Source: Camelus dromedarius
Lineage: Eukaryota
DNA: 64,000 nucleotides
Assembly: GCF_036321535.1 (NCBI RefSeq)
Contig: NC_087436.1
Span: 13,888,001-13,952,000, forward strand
Direction of reading: 5' to 3'
Notes under the pieces: model-generated
Databases searched by the model: none
What the model was told of the DNA's origin: nothing
Seen by the model: only the letters and a program-made list of their open reading frames with translations
Made by a program: the position numbers and the translations under genes
In this document: one piece after another, positions 1-13,000 of the stretch
How the letters are laid out: each line of letters begins with the position of its first letter
Position numbering within the stretch: the first letter of the stretch is position 1

Positions 1-23
1 ATATATATATATATATATATATA
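1..23. repeat. (TA)n microsatellite at the L1 tail, cut by the window edge
   Basis: Direct reading. Confidence 0.95.
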
Positions 24-472
24 ATTGAAGTATAGTCAGTTTACAATGTTGTGTCAATTTCTGAAGTACAGCACAGTGCTTCAGTCATATGTGAACATAC
101 ATATATTTGTTTTCATATTCTTTTTCACCATAAGTTACTACAAGATATTGAATATAGTTCCATGTGCCATACAGTATATTGTTGTTTATCTATTTTATAT
201 ATATTAGTATCTGCAAATCTTGGACTCCCAATTTATCCCTTCCCAACCTCTTCCCCCTCTGGTGACCATAAGTTTGTTTTCTATGTCTGTGAGTCTGTTT
301 CTGTTTTGTAAATAAGTTTGTTAGCCGTTTTCTTTAGATTCCACATATAAGTGCTATCATATGGTATTTTTCTTTCTCTTTCTGGCTTATTTCACTTAGA
401 ATGACGATCTCCAGGTCCATCCATGTTGCTCCAAATGGCATTATTTTATTCTTTTTTATGGCTGAGTAGTAT
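24..472 (-). mobile_element. Lineage-type L1 3' UTR fragment, 5'-truncated
   Basis: Shares sequence with 37735-38077, 48535-48776 and 52762-53082; typical L1 antisense ttccacatataagt...ttcacttagaatgac. Confidence 0.8.
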
Positions 473-625
473 GAGTTGAACTGATATCTGATACTATCTT
501 CTCTATTTCCTGCCTTCAGCTTGCTTTCAGTTTGTTTTGCTCTTCTTCTAGTTTCTTGAGGTGGGAGCTTGAGTTCTTGAGACTTGTCCTCTTTTCTGTA
601 AATATTCAGTGCTATTAATTTCCCT

Positions 626-803
626 CACAGATAGAATGGTGGTTACCAAGGAGTGAGGATGGGGGAGAAACTGGTCAAAGGGTACAAACTTGCAGTTGGA
701 AGATGAATCAGTTCTGGGGATCTAATGCACTGGGTGGTTCTTATAGTTATAACACTGTTCTATGTACTTGAAAGTTGCTAAGAGAGTAGATTTGAATGTT
801 CTC

Positions 804-855
<52 letters not shown>

Positions 856-998
856 AATTATGTGTCGTGATGGAAGGTTTAGCTAAAACTACAGTGGTAA
901 TCATTCTGCAGTATGCAAGTGTTTCAAATCAACATGCTGTATACCTTAAACTTACACAATGCATGTCAGTTATATCTCAATAAAGATAGGGAAAAAAA
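626..998 (+). mobile_element. Older L1 (L1MA/MB-like) 3' end containing (CA)n, inserted into an antisense L1 relic
   Basis: agaatggtggttacc...aaagggtacaaact...tatatctcaataaag plus A tail. Confidence 0.75.
805..849. repeat. (CA)n microsatellite, about 22 units
   Basis: Direct reading. Confidence 0.97.
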
Positions 999-1127
999 AT
1001 TTCCTCTGGGCAACACTTTAGCTGCATTTCTCGAACTTTGATACGCAATTTTGCGTTTTCATTCAGTCCAATGTATTTTTAAATTTTTCTTGAGACTTCC
1101 TCTTTGACTCATGAGTTATTTAGCAGA

Positions 1128-1730
1128 ATAATATTTTTAAATGCATGAAACAAAATACATGGGATTATAAAGGAAAATCATCATAATCAAAGACGGTTAT
1201 CAAAATGTGATGGAATTGTGACATAGTAATATGTATGCTTTTCAAATTAACAAAGTAAATAACAAGAAACAATGATGGGTCTCATAATGACTGACCTTAA
1301 AGTCATGATGAATATAAATGATAATTTGAGATATCTGCAACTGTAATATGAAAATTTCTGTAATTTCTCTTGGTGACAAAGTTACAGGTCTTACTAAAAC
1401 TGTAATTGTTGCCTATATTCATAATTAAAGCAAATTATAATTTTCAGTTAGAAGTTAGTAAAAATAAGGGGGAGGGTACAGCTCAAGTGGTAGAGCTCAT
1501 GCTTAACATGCATGAGGTCCTGGGTTCAATCCCCAGTACCTCCTCTAAAAATAAGTAAGCCTAATTACCTCCCCTCCCCCCACCTGCCAAAATAAAATAA
1601 TAAATAAAATATTTTTTTAAAAAAGAGTTAGTAAAAATAATAATGTGATATTTTTGTACAATGGACTTCTTGAATTCTCGCCACAAACCTTTTTTGGGTC
1701 TGTGGGATACATGCTAAGAATCCCTGAGTT
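1128..1730. mobile_element. hAT-Charlie-like relic interrupted by a SINE
   Basis: gagatatctgcaactgtaat...ggtgacaaagttacagg...taagaatccctg. Confidence 0.5.
1468..1625 (+). mobile_element. tRNA-Ala-derived camelid SINE (Vic-1-like)
   Basis: A/B boxes (tagctcaagtgg-like, ggttcaatcc), A-rich tail, exact 15-bp TSD agttagtaaaaataa at 1453-1467 and 1626-1640. Confidence 0.92.
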
Positions 1731-1924
1731 AGAAGGTTTCAGTTTGGGAATATGTTGACTTTTTTCTACTCCGCTTTCCTGAATCTGGTACTTCCGGTGA
1801 GATTTACAGCCTTATTACCTAACCAATGAAGGAATGGGAAACATTCCAGTTAAGGGGACAGCCAGTTCTTTACTTTTAACAAATACCAATCACTCTAAAC
1901 AAACAAATCAGCGTTTTAATCTAC

Positions 1925-2065
1925 CTGAATCCTACTGTTTCCCCAGTCGGCTACAATGATGTTTCCGTTTGAATCCACCGCTACACCCGTTGGAGCGTTA
2001 AATTGCCCATTTCCTTCTCCATTTGAGCCAAACTTCAATATGAATTCTCCTTCCTGATTAAACAC
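1925..2065 (-). CDS. TRIM2: TRIM2 exon 11 (141 nt): [50 protein letters not shown] repeat; the last exon lies beyond position 1
   Basis: Manual translation; acceptor catgcag|, donor CAG|gtagat; phase 0 to 0. Confidence 0.96.
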
Positions 2066-2570
2066 CTGCATGAAATATGTTAAAATGATTTTATTTTAAA
2101 TTTAAAGAGTTGAGCAAACATTACAGCTTTTAAAAATATCTGAGCAGGTATCTTAAGACATTCTAAAGAAAAGGGGGAAAAACCTACATACTGGACTCTC
2201 CATCACTTGTGGTTCCCCAATTTACTGTCTAAATCTGATTTAGCATTTGTTAAACCATTTCTTTTTTCTAGCTGATACTTGATTACTAAATACTATGTCA
2301 AAAATACTTTCATTATAAATTATAAAATATATACAGATGTAAAGTAGTATGAGTAACACAGAGCTGTAATAAAAACGTTATTCTTTCTGCCTTTAACTAT
2401 ATAGCTAATTTCAAGAACAGACATTGTATTTCTAACAGGCTGGATGATCACTCAAAGTTGAATCAGAGAGTAGGAGCTTTTTGTCAGGTCAGAGGCTCAA
2501 GATTTACTACCATTTTACTAAGTCATTATAACGAGAAAAGGTAGACTGAACTTATAACAAGGAAAATCCA

Positions 2571-2572
<2 letters not shown>

Positions 2573-2601
<29 letters not shown>
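2573..2601. repeat. (GT)n microsatellite
   Basis: Direct reading. Confidence 0.95.
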
Positions 2602-3498
2602 ATGGCAGCAGATAAAGAATAAGGACAATAAGAATAAGCTTTTAAAAATACTTTTTTCAGGATCTACTTTAGTTAGAGAGTTTATACGCCCCGAAAGCTT
2701 TGATGCACAGAGCCCACTGAGAAAAGGGAGGCAGATAGAAGGGAGGGGCTAAATAGAACTTTTAGGAACTCTCAAATTCCCTTAACATCTGGTATGGTCA
2801 AGAAGCGGGTTGTTGTGATTAATTCAATATTCGTATTCATAGAGTATCAACTGCAGATGACTACCTTTGAGAGAATTAAAATTTCAATGTGTTTAATGCT
2901 AAGACTATAGTAAGCATAATTTTTTCTTGATGATTCAGGCGATCCTTAACGGTATTGAAATGCCTTCAGGATATTATTCTAAGCTTCCATTATCATGCTG
3001 CTGACATGTGTAGAAATACTCATCAACAAATCAAAGAGTATTACATAGAAGGCACCATAAGAGTAAGTAAGGGCTCCTGACACGTGGACCTGAGTGTTCA
3101 CTTTACCTGAGCACAGATTTTAACCTTTAAAATCATCTTCAGGGCCTTTTAGAGATTCTCCTATGACCATCTCTGTGATCAAGAATGATTAAAATAATGC
3201 TATTTCTTTTAGTTATGTATTTTAGGAAAGTGAGACACTTCCATTTCTAAAGCCTAAACTGTCTTAAAGATAAAAAAAAAAAAAAAAAAGAGTCAGGACC
3301 ACTCCCTGAGTTAACTACACTTGCCAAGCAAGCAAGCTACCTCTTTGGTTCTTTAGACAGACAGAGACAGGAATCACCTTTTACTAAGGTGTCATATCTT
3401 TAAAATCTTCCCTGACTCTTCTTAACTCCTTTCACACAAAACATTCTAGTTTTAAAGACCAAAAGGAGTGCTTGCACACTGGTGAGGTCATAATCGAT

Positions 3499-3612
3499 TC
3501 TTTTCTTTTTTGTTTTGTTTTGTTTTGTTTTGGTAGGGGGAGATACTGGGGAATGAACCCAGGACCTTGTGTACGCTAAGCATGCGCTCTACCACTGAGC
3601 TGTACCCTCCCC
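3499..3612 (-). mobile_element. Vic-1-like SINE
   Basis: Reverse-complement tRNA-Ala-like head with T-rich tail; approximate TSD cataatcgatt/cataactgatt. Confidence 0.88.
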
Positions 3613-6200
3613 ACATAACTGATTATTTTCTGATCTTTCCCCTAGTAAGCTGTACAAATAATCTTCTTGTTTGTGTTTATCTCTCTGAGTCAGTATGTTT
3701 TCCTTGGCATAAGTCAAATGACGTATGTGCTTTGGCTCCACTCTGAATTAACGGAGAATGCCAAATTTAGTCTTAATGGTTTTGCGATGAAAAGAGAGCA
3801 TATACTGAAGTAGCTAAAGGACTAACTAGAACACTTGTGAGCCCTGACCTCTGGGTCCGGTTCTTACATTTACCAACAGAGCAGTGACCTGAATCCAGAA
3901 CTGTTAACTGCCCTGAGGTCCATAGGAAACAGAAGCCCAACTGACCCCATCAAAGCTACATGGCAATAGCTGTCAAACAGAAGAGAGAAACAAATGACCA
4001 GTTTTCTGAAATCTGAAGAAACTGAGCTTAAATAAACTATTTCTATGGTACTGAAAACCTGAAGTGTTTCCATAATCAGTCATTATACATTTCTCCTATT
4101 TTCTGTTTTTCCCATCTCAAATGTCATTTAATTGCTTATAAGTTATCCAGAAGAAAACACATTAAGAGGTAGACGCAGGAGCTGAAATTGTTCTTAGAGC
4201 TTTGCTTTTGATAACAAATTTTTTACAACAAGTTTTGATAACTTTGATGACAGTCCTTTTCTGATTTCAAAATTCTGCTCACCTCAAATACCACCTCCAC
4301 TTGGAAGTCCCCCCTGACTGTCTGTCTTCTGGATACTTCGAGGACTTTATATGTGCCTGTTTTTAAGAAATCATTTATTGCTGTCTGCCTTGCATTTCGG
4401 TTACCTACATATGTTTTATTTTCTCCTACAGTGTCAGGCAGGGCTGGTAAACAGGAATCACCCTGAATACCAAGGCTAGCGGATTCCTAGAGGTGCCTGG
4501 AGCCCTGGGGCGGGAAAGGCTCTGAGGCCACAGTAGGCTTAGTAGAAAAGAGCAACTTGATTAATGTCACTTTCTGGTGGCAATGGGCAGCACCTATGCC
4601 AGGCTGTGCTGGCCTCTGCACTGCTAAGATCTAAATGGGTTTTCTTCCTGTTGGATGTACTACAGGTCAATGAAGGAGTCCTCTACAGCGTGAGTGAAGG
4701 GTGGAAGTGTGAGTACAGCCTGTATTATCCTTTGATAGTGACGCTCGTCACAGAGGACTATTACAGCCTCCTGGGAGGACGGTCACAAGCCCCGCCCCTG
4801 CTGCGTCTTCGCTCTCTGTTCCCCTCCTCCTCCAAAGACTTTCCCTCTGTCCTCTTCCTTTTACCAAGACACCCCCGGTAGAGAGAGAGAATGCAGCTCA
4901 TGGGCATGGAAGGAGGTGGGGGCACTGGGAATGGAACCTGACCACTATGGTAGCAGCTCTGGACCACATGGCAGGAAGCAGCTGTAGAGGTGAGCAACGG
5001 TGAGCATCCTTTCCCCTCATCCTGCCTCATCACTATGGCCCACTGGGCTCTCCTCTTTGCAAGGGACTTGGTACCCATCACAAGAGCTCAAGGTCTTTCC
5101 ATTTATTTACTCAGGTTAAAGACACCTTCTTCCAGGAAGAGCTGGGGAAATGAAGCAGTGATGAGAGAGGACGTTTGGGTATTAAAATCCTATCCCTATC
5201 AAACTATTCCAGTTATCAACACTGGCAAATCGTTTTTAAGTTGGTGGCTCAATGGTTGTCTCCAAGTGCAAACTCTTGGTCATTGGCATACCACCCATGC
5301 TGTTTTCTTATCCTCCTTCACATGTAAAATGCCTCACCTTAAAAAACTTAAATGAACTTATTTACAAGGCAAACTTTATATCACTTCTACAAGTGTAAAC
5401 CAATATCACTTGATATGAACAGAAGGTAACCCTAAAAATAAACACATAGCTCTTGAAATAGAGATATCTCCCCGTGCACTGCCCGGGACCGCCTGGTACA
5501 CCTGCCGTGGAACGTGTGTCACACTTTGAGAAGCTTGGTCTAGAATGTTACTGAACAACTTCTTGTTTCAGTAAGTGAGACATTTGTTTTGAACCACTTT
5601 ATTATTTTCTGATCTGCTCATAATAGTGGTCAAATGTTTCCTCCCCTTCTGCCTGGTACTACACTGTCTAGGGGAGGGGGTGTGTGATGCTTTGTAAGGA
5701 ACCGGAAGTGTGTGAAAGCATTCAAAGGCATATGAAACACACTATATGAACATATGCCAGGGCTGTTTCCCTCCCCAAAGCGGTCGCTGCGGCAGATGTC
5801 TAGCACCCAATTTTGCTTGAAAGGCCTTATGATGCAGGAAATTGAAAAACGTGATCTGTTTTAATCTACTGAATAGCCACAAAACATCAAGCTTCAGAAA
5901 GTTCTGCCTCTCTAAGTTCAAGCAATTGCTTTTTCAAATTTAATTTTCAAGTCGTCTCCATTTATACCAGTTTTAAATTAAGAAACTTATTGCCCCCATA
6001 TTCTGGTCACTTTTCTGACTCTCCAAAGTCTGTAACATCCCAATTAAACCCTGCACCTTTAAGGAGAAGCAAAACACTACTCCTTTAGGTTGACTCCCTT
6101 CAGTTCTGTGTGTATACGTGAGTATTCTATTATTTTCTCCCAGAAGGACTCCTCAATACAAGCAGTTAACAGTTAACAACAATTGATGTGTTCATGGTAC

Positions 6201-6271
6201 CTTGACAGAATGATTATGGAAATCGGTAACAATAATCTCATTATTGCTATTTACAGCTGCAAAATGGGGAC
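6201..6271 (-). CDS. TRIM2: TRIM2 exon 10 (71 nt): [27 protein letters not shown] repeat
   Basis: Manual translation; acceptor ttgcag|, donor AAG|gtacca; phase 1 to 0. Confidence 0.95.
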
Positions 6272-7366
6272 CTGCAATAAAGATAGAAAAAAGTATGTGA
6301 TAACTGCAACAACAAAAATGATGACAACAGCACAGTACTTACAAAACTTAATATAGTAACTTAGTTGTTTAAGAAAGAACAAAGGATCGTAGACTCAGTC
6401 CTTGAAAGGTCACTCAGCCAGACCTCTGGCTCCAGGTACCGCAGATTCTGTAGCATCCTACACTTGTGACTGTCTACGCTGCCTTCTCCCAGATCAAGCT
6501 AAGAGTTCCAGCAGCCCTAACGAATGCAATGAGCAATAAGCATCAGAATTCATTCTCTGCATCACCAGCTGAAAGTCACATCTGCCAGTTTCCTTGATGG
6601 TCACTTTAGGGCCCTCAGCTCCCGCTGAGGAGAGACGTGGTAACTCTCAGCACTGGGGGAAAAAAACTCCAATATCTAGTGTATTTTTAAAGTAGAGCAG
6701 ATACCCACACTTTATAATTTTAGGTGACATTCAGAACCTGGCAGAACTGGAGACAAAGCATAAAGAATGATGATGCAAATTAATGTTAAATGCCAAAGCC
6801 TCCTTTCCAAAATAAAATGAATAAACTGTTTTCAGCCTCTTCTTGCTGATGTAGAAAACAAAGTAAGCTTGTGACTGTACAGCAGTACCCCAGACAAGGC
6901 AAAGAGGCGGCCCAGGCGGCCCTGCCTGTACTCGGCAAATATTCTAAATATTCCTGCTCTCTTAAAATCACCTAGAAAGGTGAAAAAATTTCTCATTCAG
7001 AAGCTCTTTAAACAAAGCTATGGCTAGGTGGACACAGGCATTTCTCCATTGTTCCTCACACATTTTTATTTAAAAAATACTCTCTTTTAACATTTATATT
7101 TTATTTAATGCTCATATTCGAAGGTGAGACTTCGGCGTTGTAAACCGCCACCAATTAAAACCACACATGGCCTGCGGTTGAACTTACTGCGGGTGGGGTA
7201 ATTGAGAAGCATCTAACCATGCTTTTGCTTAGATTTCATCCCCAGTGTCTTGGCCAAAGCTGGCAAACACACGGGGGACAAGGCGCCTTCAACATGCTCC
7301 GACACCATGCAAACGTGAGCAGAAGAAGCATAAAGAAGGGGGTTTACATATTACCATCGAGTGTAC

Positions 7367-7535
7367 CTGCAAACTGCCTGTCCCCATTTCCTCGGCTACC
7401 AAACCTGGTGACTATTTTCCCGTTTGGCTGGAAGATAAACACGCAGCACGCCTTGTTATCCACCACGATGATGTGTCCGTTGCGGTCCACGGAAACTCCT
7501 TTGGGCCCCATCAACTTTCCTGATCCAATTTTTGT
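7367..7535 (-). CDS. TRIM2: TRIM2 exon 9 (169 nt): [56 protein letters not shown]; alternative donor extends it to 7355
   Basis: Manual translation; acceptor ctaacag|, donor G|gtacac at 7366, second donor G|gtaata at 7354; phase 0 to 1. Confidence 0.96.
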
Positions 7536-7733
7536 CTGTTAGAAACAAGAGCAGAAATGAGGTTGAAAGCACTACAGGACATGCAGACAGACGTCTGCTT
7601 TGGCAAACATTTACTGGCATGTTCACACCAAGGCACACAGCCACCCGTAAGTCACGATGCTCTTCTGTGACTGTCTGGGCCACGTCCATTATCTGTTACT
7701 GATATTTATGTGAAGTTTTCTTTTTTAAAGTTT

Positions 7734-8338
7734 TGAGACAGGAGGGAAGGGAGCAGGGCACAGCCATTAAAGGAATGACACAGCAATTAGCATAAAGATG
7801 GTGGAAGATTCAACTCAAAGTAGACCCTGAGGCCAAGATGGCAGGAGATTTGGCTCCCAGTAGACCTTGAGCTTCATTATACGCTCATTGTAATGCATTA
7901 ACATGGTGAATGGCACTCCCACAGGCGCCATGACAGTTCTGAGGCTGACCATAAAAGGTCAAAAAGTGGGTGGTGGCTCAGTTCCTGGGGATCCCAGCCC
8001 CTTCCCCAAAGTAGTTGGAATAATCCTCCCACTTGTCAGCATAAGAAATGACCGAGCTCTTAAAACTAACAATCCCACACGTTGCGGCCTTTTCTTTTGC
8101 CTGTTCAGATAGCCCACACTCTGTGTATGGAGTGTGTATCTACTTTTGTTTTAACCACCTCCATGCCTCATGGCCTCTTGTGAATCTCTCTGAATAAATC
8201 TCCTTTTACTCAGCTGTGGCTCACTCTCGAATTCTTTCCTATGCAAAGTCAAGGACCCTCATTTGATGGGATGTGTCCCAGGGACTCGCCAGGGACCTAG
8301 CACATGGCCATCCTCTTGCCCCATTTTTTATGTTATCA
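7734..8338 (+). mobile_element. ERV1-class solo LTR-like element, antisense to TRIM2
   Basis: TG...CA termini, AATAAA at ~8193, internal 40-bp tandem; TSD not clean and family not identified. Confidence 0.7.
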
Positions 8339-9739
8339 GGATCACCACCAAAAAAGTTCTAGAATCTCCTTAACCGGGGTCACAGTAAAGAGGCAACATG
8401 GTGTAGCAAAAGATGACTGGATTAGGAGAAGGAAGACCATCCTGCCCCTGTCACTTGCTCTGGACACACCCAAAACAGCACGGATGGATTTATTTCCTTA
8501 AGCTTCAGATTTCTTATATATTAAAAATCTCAGTAACTTCTAATGGTGTATCTGGAATATGTATTAAGTAAAATAAAGTAGGTAAAGCACATGCAGAGCA
8601 GAGCACATGTTAAGCAGCTGTTAAAGGGAAGCAGTCATTGTCATCATTCTATGTCTTAACTGATATTGAAATTGCCAGGCACCTGCCACTGAACTTCACT
8701 AGAATTAAATTCCACATGGGTGGGCATCACATCTGTTTTATCCAGCACTGTGTGCTCAGAGCCCAGCACACTTCCTGGTGCCTAACAGGGACTCGACAAA
8801 CATTTGTGCAGTATTATTAACTTACAAAGTCTAGCATTTTTACAGGGCCCTCATTATGACTAAATGGTTCCAGTTTTCACAATATTTTAGAATGGGAGAA
8901 AAGCATTAGATTTCTTGTAAACCTATACCATATGTATTTAAAATCTCACTGAGTTTTCTAAGTAGACTATAGTGTGTATATATATATAGTGGCAAAATGC
9001 CTGTTTGCCACAAGATGTACGTGCTATACCTTTACTTTTATAGCTCCATTTTCTAGCGTACGTATAAAGAAGTACTTTATTCATTCACCCATTTACTTAC
9101 TAATTTTACAAACACTGACTGAGCACCCACTCTGTGGCACTGGGTAGACAGGGACGAGTAGGACACAGTGTTTACCCTCCAGGACAGCTCAGTTCCACTG
9201 TCTACTGTCCCTTTTTTAAAGTGCCTGGTATCAACAGTTCTATCTGGTGTATTTGGGAGAATTCAATAGGCCATGTCAGAAGCCAAGTGAAACAATAACC
9301 TAATGAGACAGGTCATGTAGACAAGGGAGCCGGTGGAAGGAGGACACGGTGGGTGATGGGGATGGTAAGGACCACAGTCTTCCCAGCTCCAGGCTGAAAA
9401 ATGTCAGGGGGAAGTGGATCTCTCTGTGCTTCTGTGAAAGACCTTCAGAGACGTCATTGAACAAAGCAAGGTGCAGAACCGTGAGCAGTCTGAGCCCACC
9501 AGTACTAAATGTGTTTATACATGTACACATACTCCCAGAAGAGAAAGTGAGAAACAAAATAATGTCTCTATTTTAGAAAGTGGTGGCAGGAAAACCCCTT
9601 AATTTTCATTTCATATTCGTCTGCAGGCTTATTTGAACAATCTATTTGCATGGTATTCCTTTTTTAACTTAAAAATTTAAATTCCCCCCAAATTACATTC
9701 TCAAAGGTTCTGTTTTAGTCTTCTTACTTTCCCTCTCTT

Positions 9740-10033
9740 AGTGCTGTCTAAGAGAGACATAACATGAGCTACACATGTAACTTAAAATTTTCTAGTAGCC
9801 ACATGAAAAAAAAAAAAGGGGAAAAGAAGCAGGGAAAATTAATTTTTATTATTTATTTAACCCAATGTATTCAAAAGTTACCATTTCAACATGGAATATA
9901 AAAATTATTAATGAACTATTTTACACTCTTTTGGGGGATCAAGACTTTGGAATTCAGTGTGTATTTCCCACACACAGCACATCTCAATTCAGACCAGCCC
10001 CATTTCAAGACCTTAGTACCCACACGTGTCCAG
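9740..10033. mobile_element. MER3/MER33-like hAT relic
   Basis: Ends gtgctgtcta / ttggacagca; aattttctagtagccacat and gtggctacca motifs. Confidence 0.7.
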
Positions 10034-13000
10034 TGGCTACCACATTGGACAGCATAACTCTATGCATTTCTTCTAAAATCTCACTTATGCTATGGCATCA
10101 GCTTTCAACTAGATGTATAAGATTCTCAAAACCATATCTCTAGTCAAGGCCTGTTTTACAGATTATCACGTTAAATTCCACCAGTGTCAAACCACATATC
10201 TCCTTTATATCCATCATTTAAAAAAAAAAAAAGAAAGAAAGAAAGAAAAGAAAACCCCAACTAGCATCTGATTTCCTAATTCCTTTTATGACACCAAAAT
10301 TCATCCAGTCACTCAGGGTCAAATTTCAGAGCAAAATTCATTCTTTCTTTCACCACTCTGAACCTCAGTTTTCTCATCTATAAACCAGCAGCTATGCTAT
10401 TTAGCTCCCGGGTCGTGCAGATTCTGAAGGATAAAGGAAAGTGCCAATCACAGCGGGTGGCGGACACACAATCTTCTTCTCTCACCCTGTTCACCTGATA
10501 TTATACGTGACCTGCAGGGCTATCTTCTTTCTCAATAGTGACAGGAAGATACGTGCAGAGAAGGATGGGGACTTTCCCACGGTGAGGTTCAGACTTTTTA
10601 AGATCTTTCATTCTTTTAAGCTTATAAAGGACTGAGATTCAGATCTGATCTCTTTAGAATCAAGAGATACATTTACTTAGGAAGGAAACATTGGCATTCT
10701 CGCAAGGAAATCTGTTGGCTCACTTAATTCTGATTCTGCAATCTAGCCCAGAGATCAGAGATGCTAATGTAACAGATTGCAAAAATATATATATATTCTC
10801 CTCATATCTGAATGGGAGATATGTCAGTAGAGATCAAAAGGAAGGGAGGAAACCGATTATTTGATCAATAGCACAAGAATATTATTACTACCTAACATTA
10901 TGAATATTAGCTGTTACTTAGAATGACTCAGTCATATAACACTAAGTGCATGATAATTATGTAGCACAGAAACAGAAAATAAAGGATTACCGCCATTCTA
11001 TCAGGTAGTGAGAGCTAGTGCACGTCTTACAGAAAAAACTTAAATGTTGACCCAAAACCTCTTTTCCTTCCAGTCCATTCATCACCCCCAGTTTAGCTGC
11101 ACTAGATTCTACCAAGTGAAATAAGAATTACTGCATTTGGCCTGACAATGTATCCCCCATCTTAAACGGAACGGTAAGCAAAGATATTTTAGAACTTGAC
11201 TGAAAAAGTTAAATAAAAGTATTTAATTCAACAAATAGGTCCTTAAATTGAAGAAAAAGAAGAGATGAGTATTTTAGAATCTGGTGGTCAGGTGCCTGTG
11301 CACCTGTTCTGGGGTCACAAAAGGTTCCTACATGGACTGGAAGATGTAAGCCAGGAGAAGATGGAAAGGAAAAAATTAGAGGCAAAGAGAAATGAAAACT
11401 GGGGCTATGAAGCTGGTGCGTAAAAAAAAAAGAAAAGGAGATAAGATATTATATCCGTGGATCTATTAGGAATAAATACAGAGAATCCACATTGGTGTTA
11501 AAGGTTTGTCTTTCTGAGCACCTGTTTAATTTTACTGAATCCCACCGAAGGAGAAAATAGGTATTTTTTCTTCTATTTATGATAATGGCCATCACACTTG
11601 GATGAAATCCCATTAAGCTGCAAAAATGTTTTTACTTGCTATCCTTTTACCCTGCAGGTTTTGATCAATACCTATGAAAAAAAGGCACGGATGTTGAAAC
11701 TGTACCATGTCTGTTCCTCCAATCCTCTAGGGGGCATGAGTGCTCTTTTGTGTTTATTCCAATTATTGCCAACAGTATCTCAGCCATCAGAACCCAGTTC
11801 TTCCAGGAAGAGAGTCTATCACATACAGAATATTGACCCACTGAATGAAAAGATGCTTAATTCAGGAAGCCTTTCTCTCTTAAATATAAAACTTCTATTT
11901 CAATTTGCTTTAATGTATTATTAGATCTAAAATATTTCAATATAGTAGATATAAGACTCCTGTTTCAATATCTATAGTATTAGTTTCTGAATTTAAAAAG
12001 ATAGGTCATGCTGGAGTGTGAAAATAGAACAAACGGGTTGTCTCCAAACTAGAAGGGTATTTTCAAGAGGTCACTGAGTAGTGTTTATTCTATTGACGTT
12101 AAAGTTGTCATATTTGGGCGTGTCTTACTACAAATACAGTTATGAAAATGGAAAGGAAGGGAAGGAAGTCAGAGATGCAGAAAAGCAGAACTTTCTGTGT
12201 ACATGGCCGTCAGATGGAGCCATCAAATTTCTAGCGGAACAAAAAAAAAGTCAAGGACAATTGAAGAATTATGTACAATATGCTGGAATTAAGGACAGCT
12301 TTTTATCCTCCTCCATTGAAAAGATGCTGCTCCACACAAAACACAGGCTCTGATCTGAGGGGTAATAATTATGTCAGTAACTCATTTTAATAAAAATGAT
12401 GAGGTGATGGTAGTGGTCCAACGACTTTAAAACGGAAAACGCAAATTCCTCCAAAAAGAGATGCAACGAGCAAATGTCGTGTAAGCTCCAGGATTCCAGA
12501 ATGGATTTTGAAAAGCATCATCTCTGAACGTTTAGACAAGGAGGGGGTGACCACCAGGAGCTGGCTGGAGGTCATGAAGCCAAAACTGTAGCTCATCAAA
12601 CAGAATTTGCAGTTTGGACAGGGTGATTAAAGGCGCTGGGAAAGAACACTTCTTAGGGTGCCTATTTCCTAGAAGGCATATAAAAAATCCAGAAATAAAA
12701 TCTCATTTAATCCTTACCCAAATCCTGTAAGACAGATTTTTTAAACCCAGATTTGAAATATGAGGCTAACAAGGCTCAAGGACGTCCTAGAATTTGCCCA
12801 AGGCGGAACAGTTAACGCAGCGCAGAGCTGGGATTCCAGTGGGCTGATCGGTCTGAGTTGAAGTTCAGGTCTAAGAGAAGCTTGGACGGGGGGTAGGGGT
12901 TGGGGGGGGGGTGGGATATGGACGGCATGGTGCACGTGGCCTTCAAAACACCCAGGACAACGTGTCTCATGATCTTGTGGTCAACAAATGCAGAGAATGG

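Noticed and set aside
25..311. Recurrent similar ORFs (MCQFL..YSI..) at 25, 37610, 48504 and 52739 as a gene family
   Set aside because: Antisense translations of the same L1 3' UTR repeat.
4564..5355. Cluster of overlapping 105-121 aa ORFs
   Set aside because: No domain resemblance or exon structure; consistent with chance ORFs in intronic or old repeat DNA.
7183..7354. Third GTAAGT donor (7187) extending exon 9 as coding sequence
   Set aside because: In-frame TAA three codons after the distal donor, so it cannot be a coding extension.
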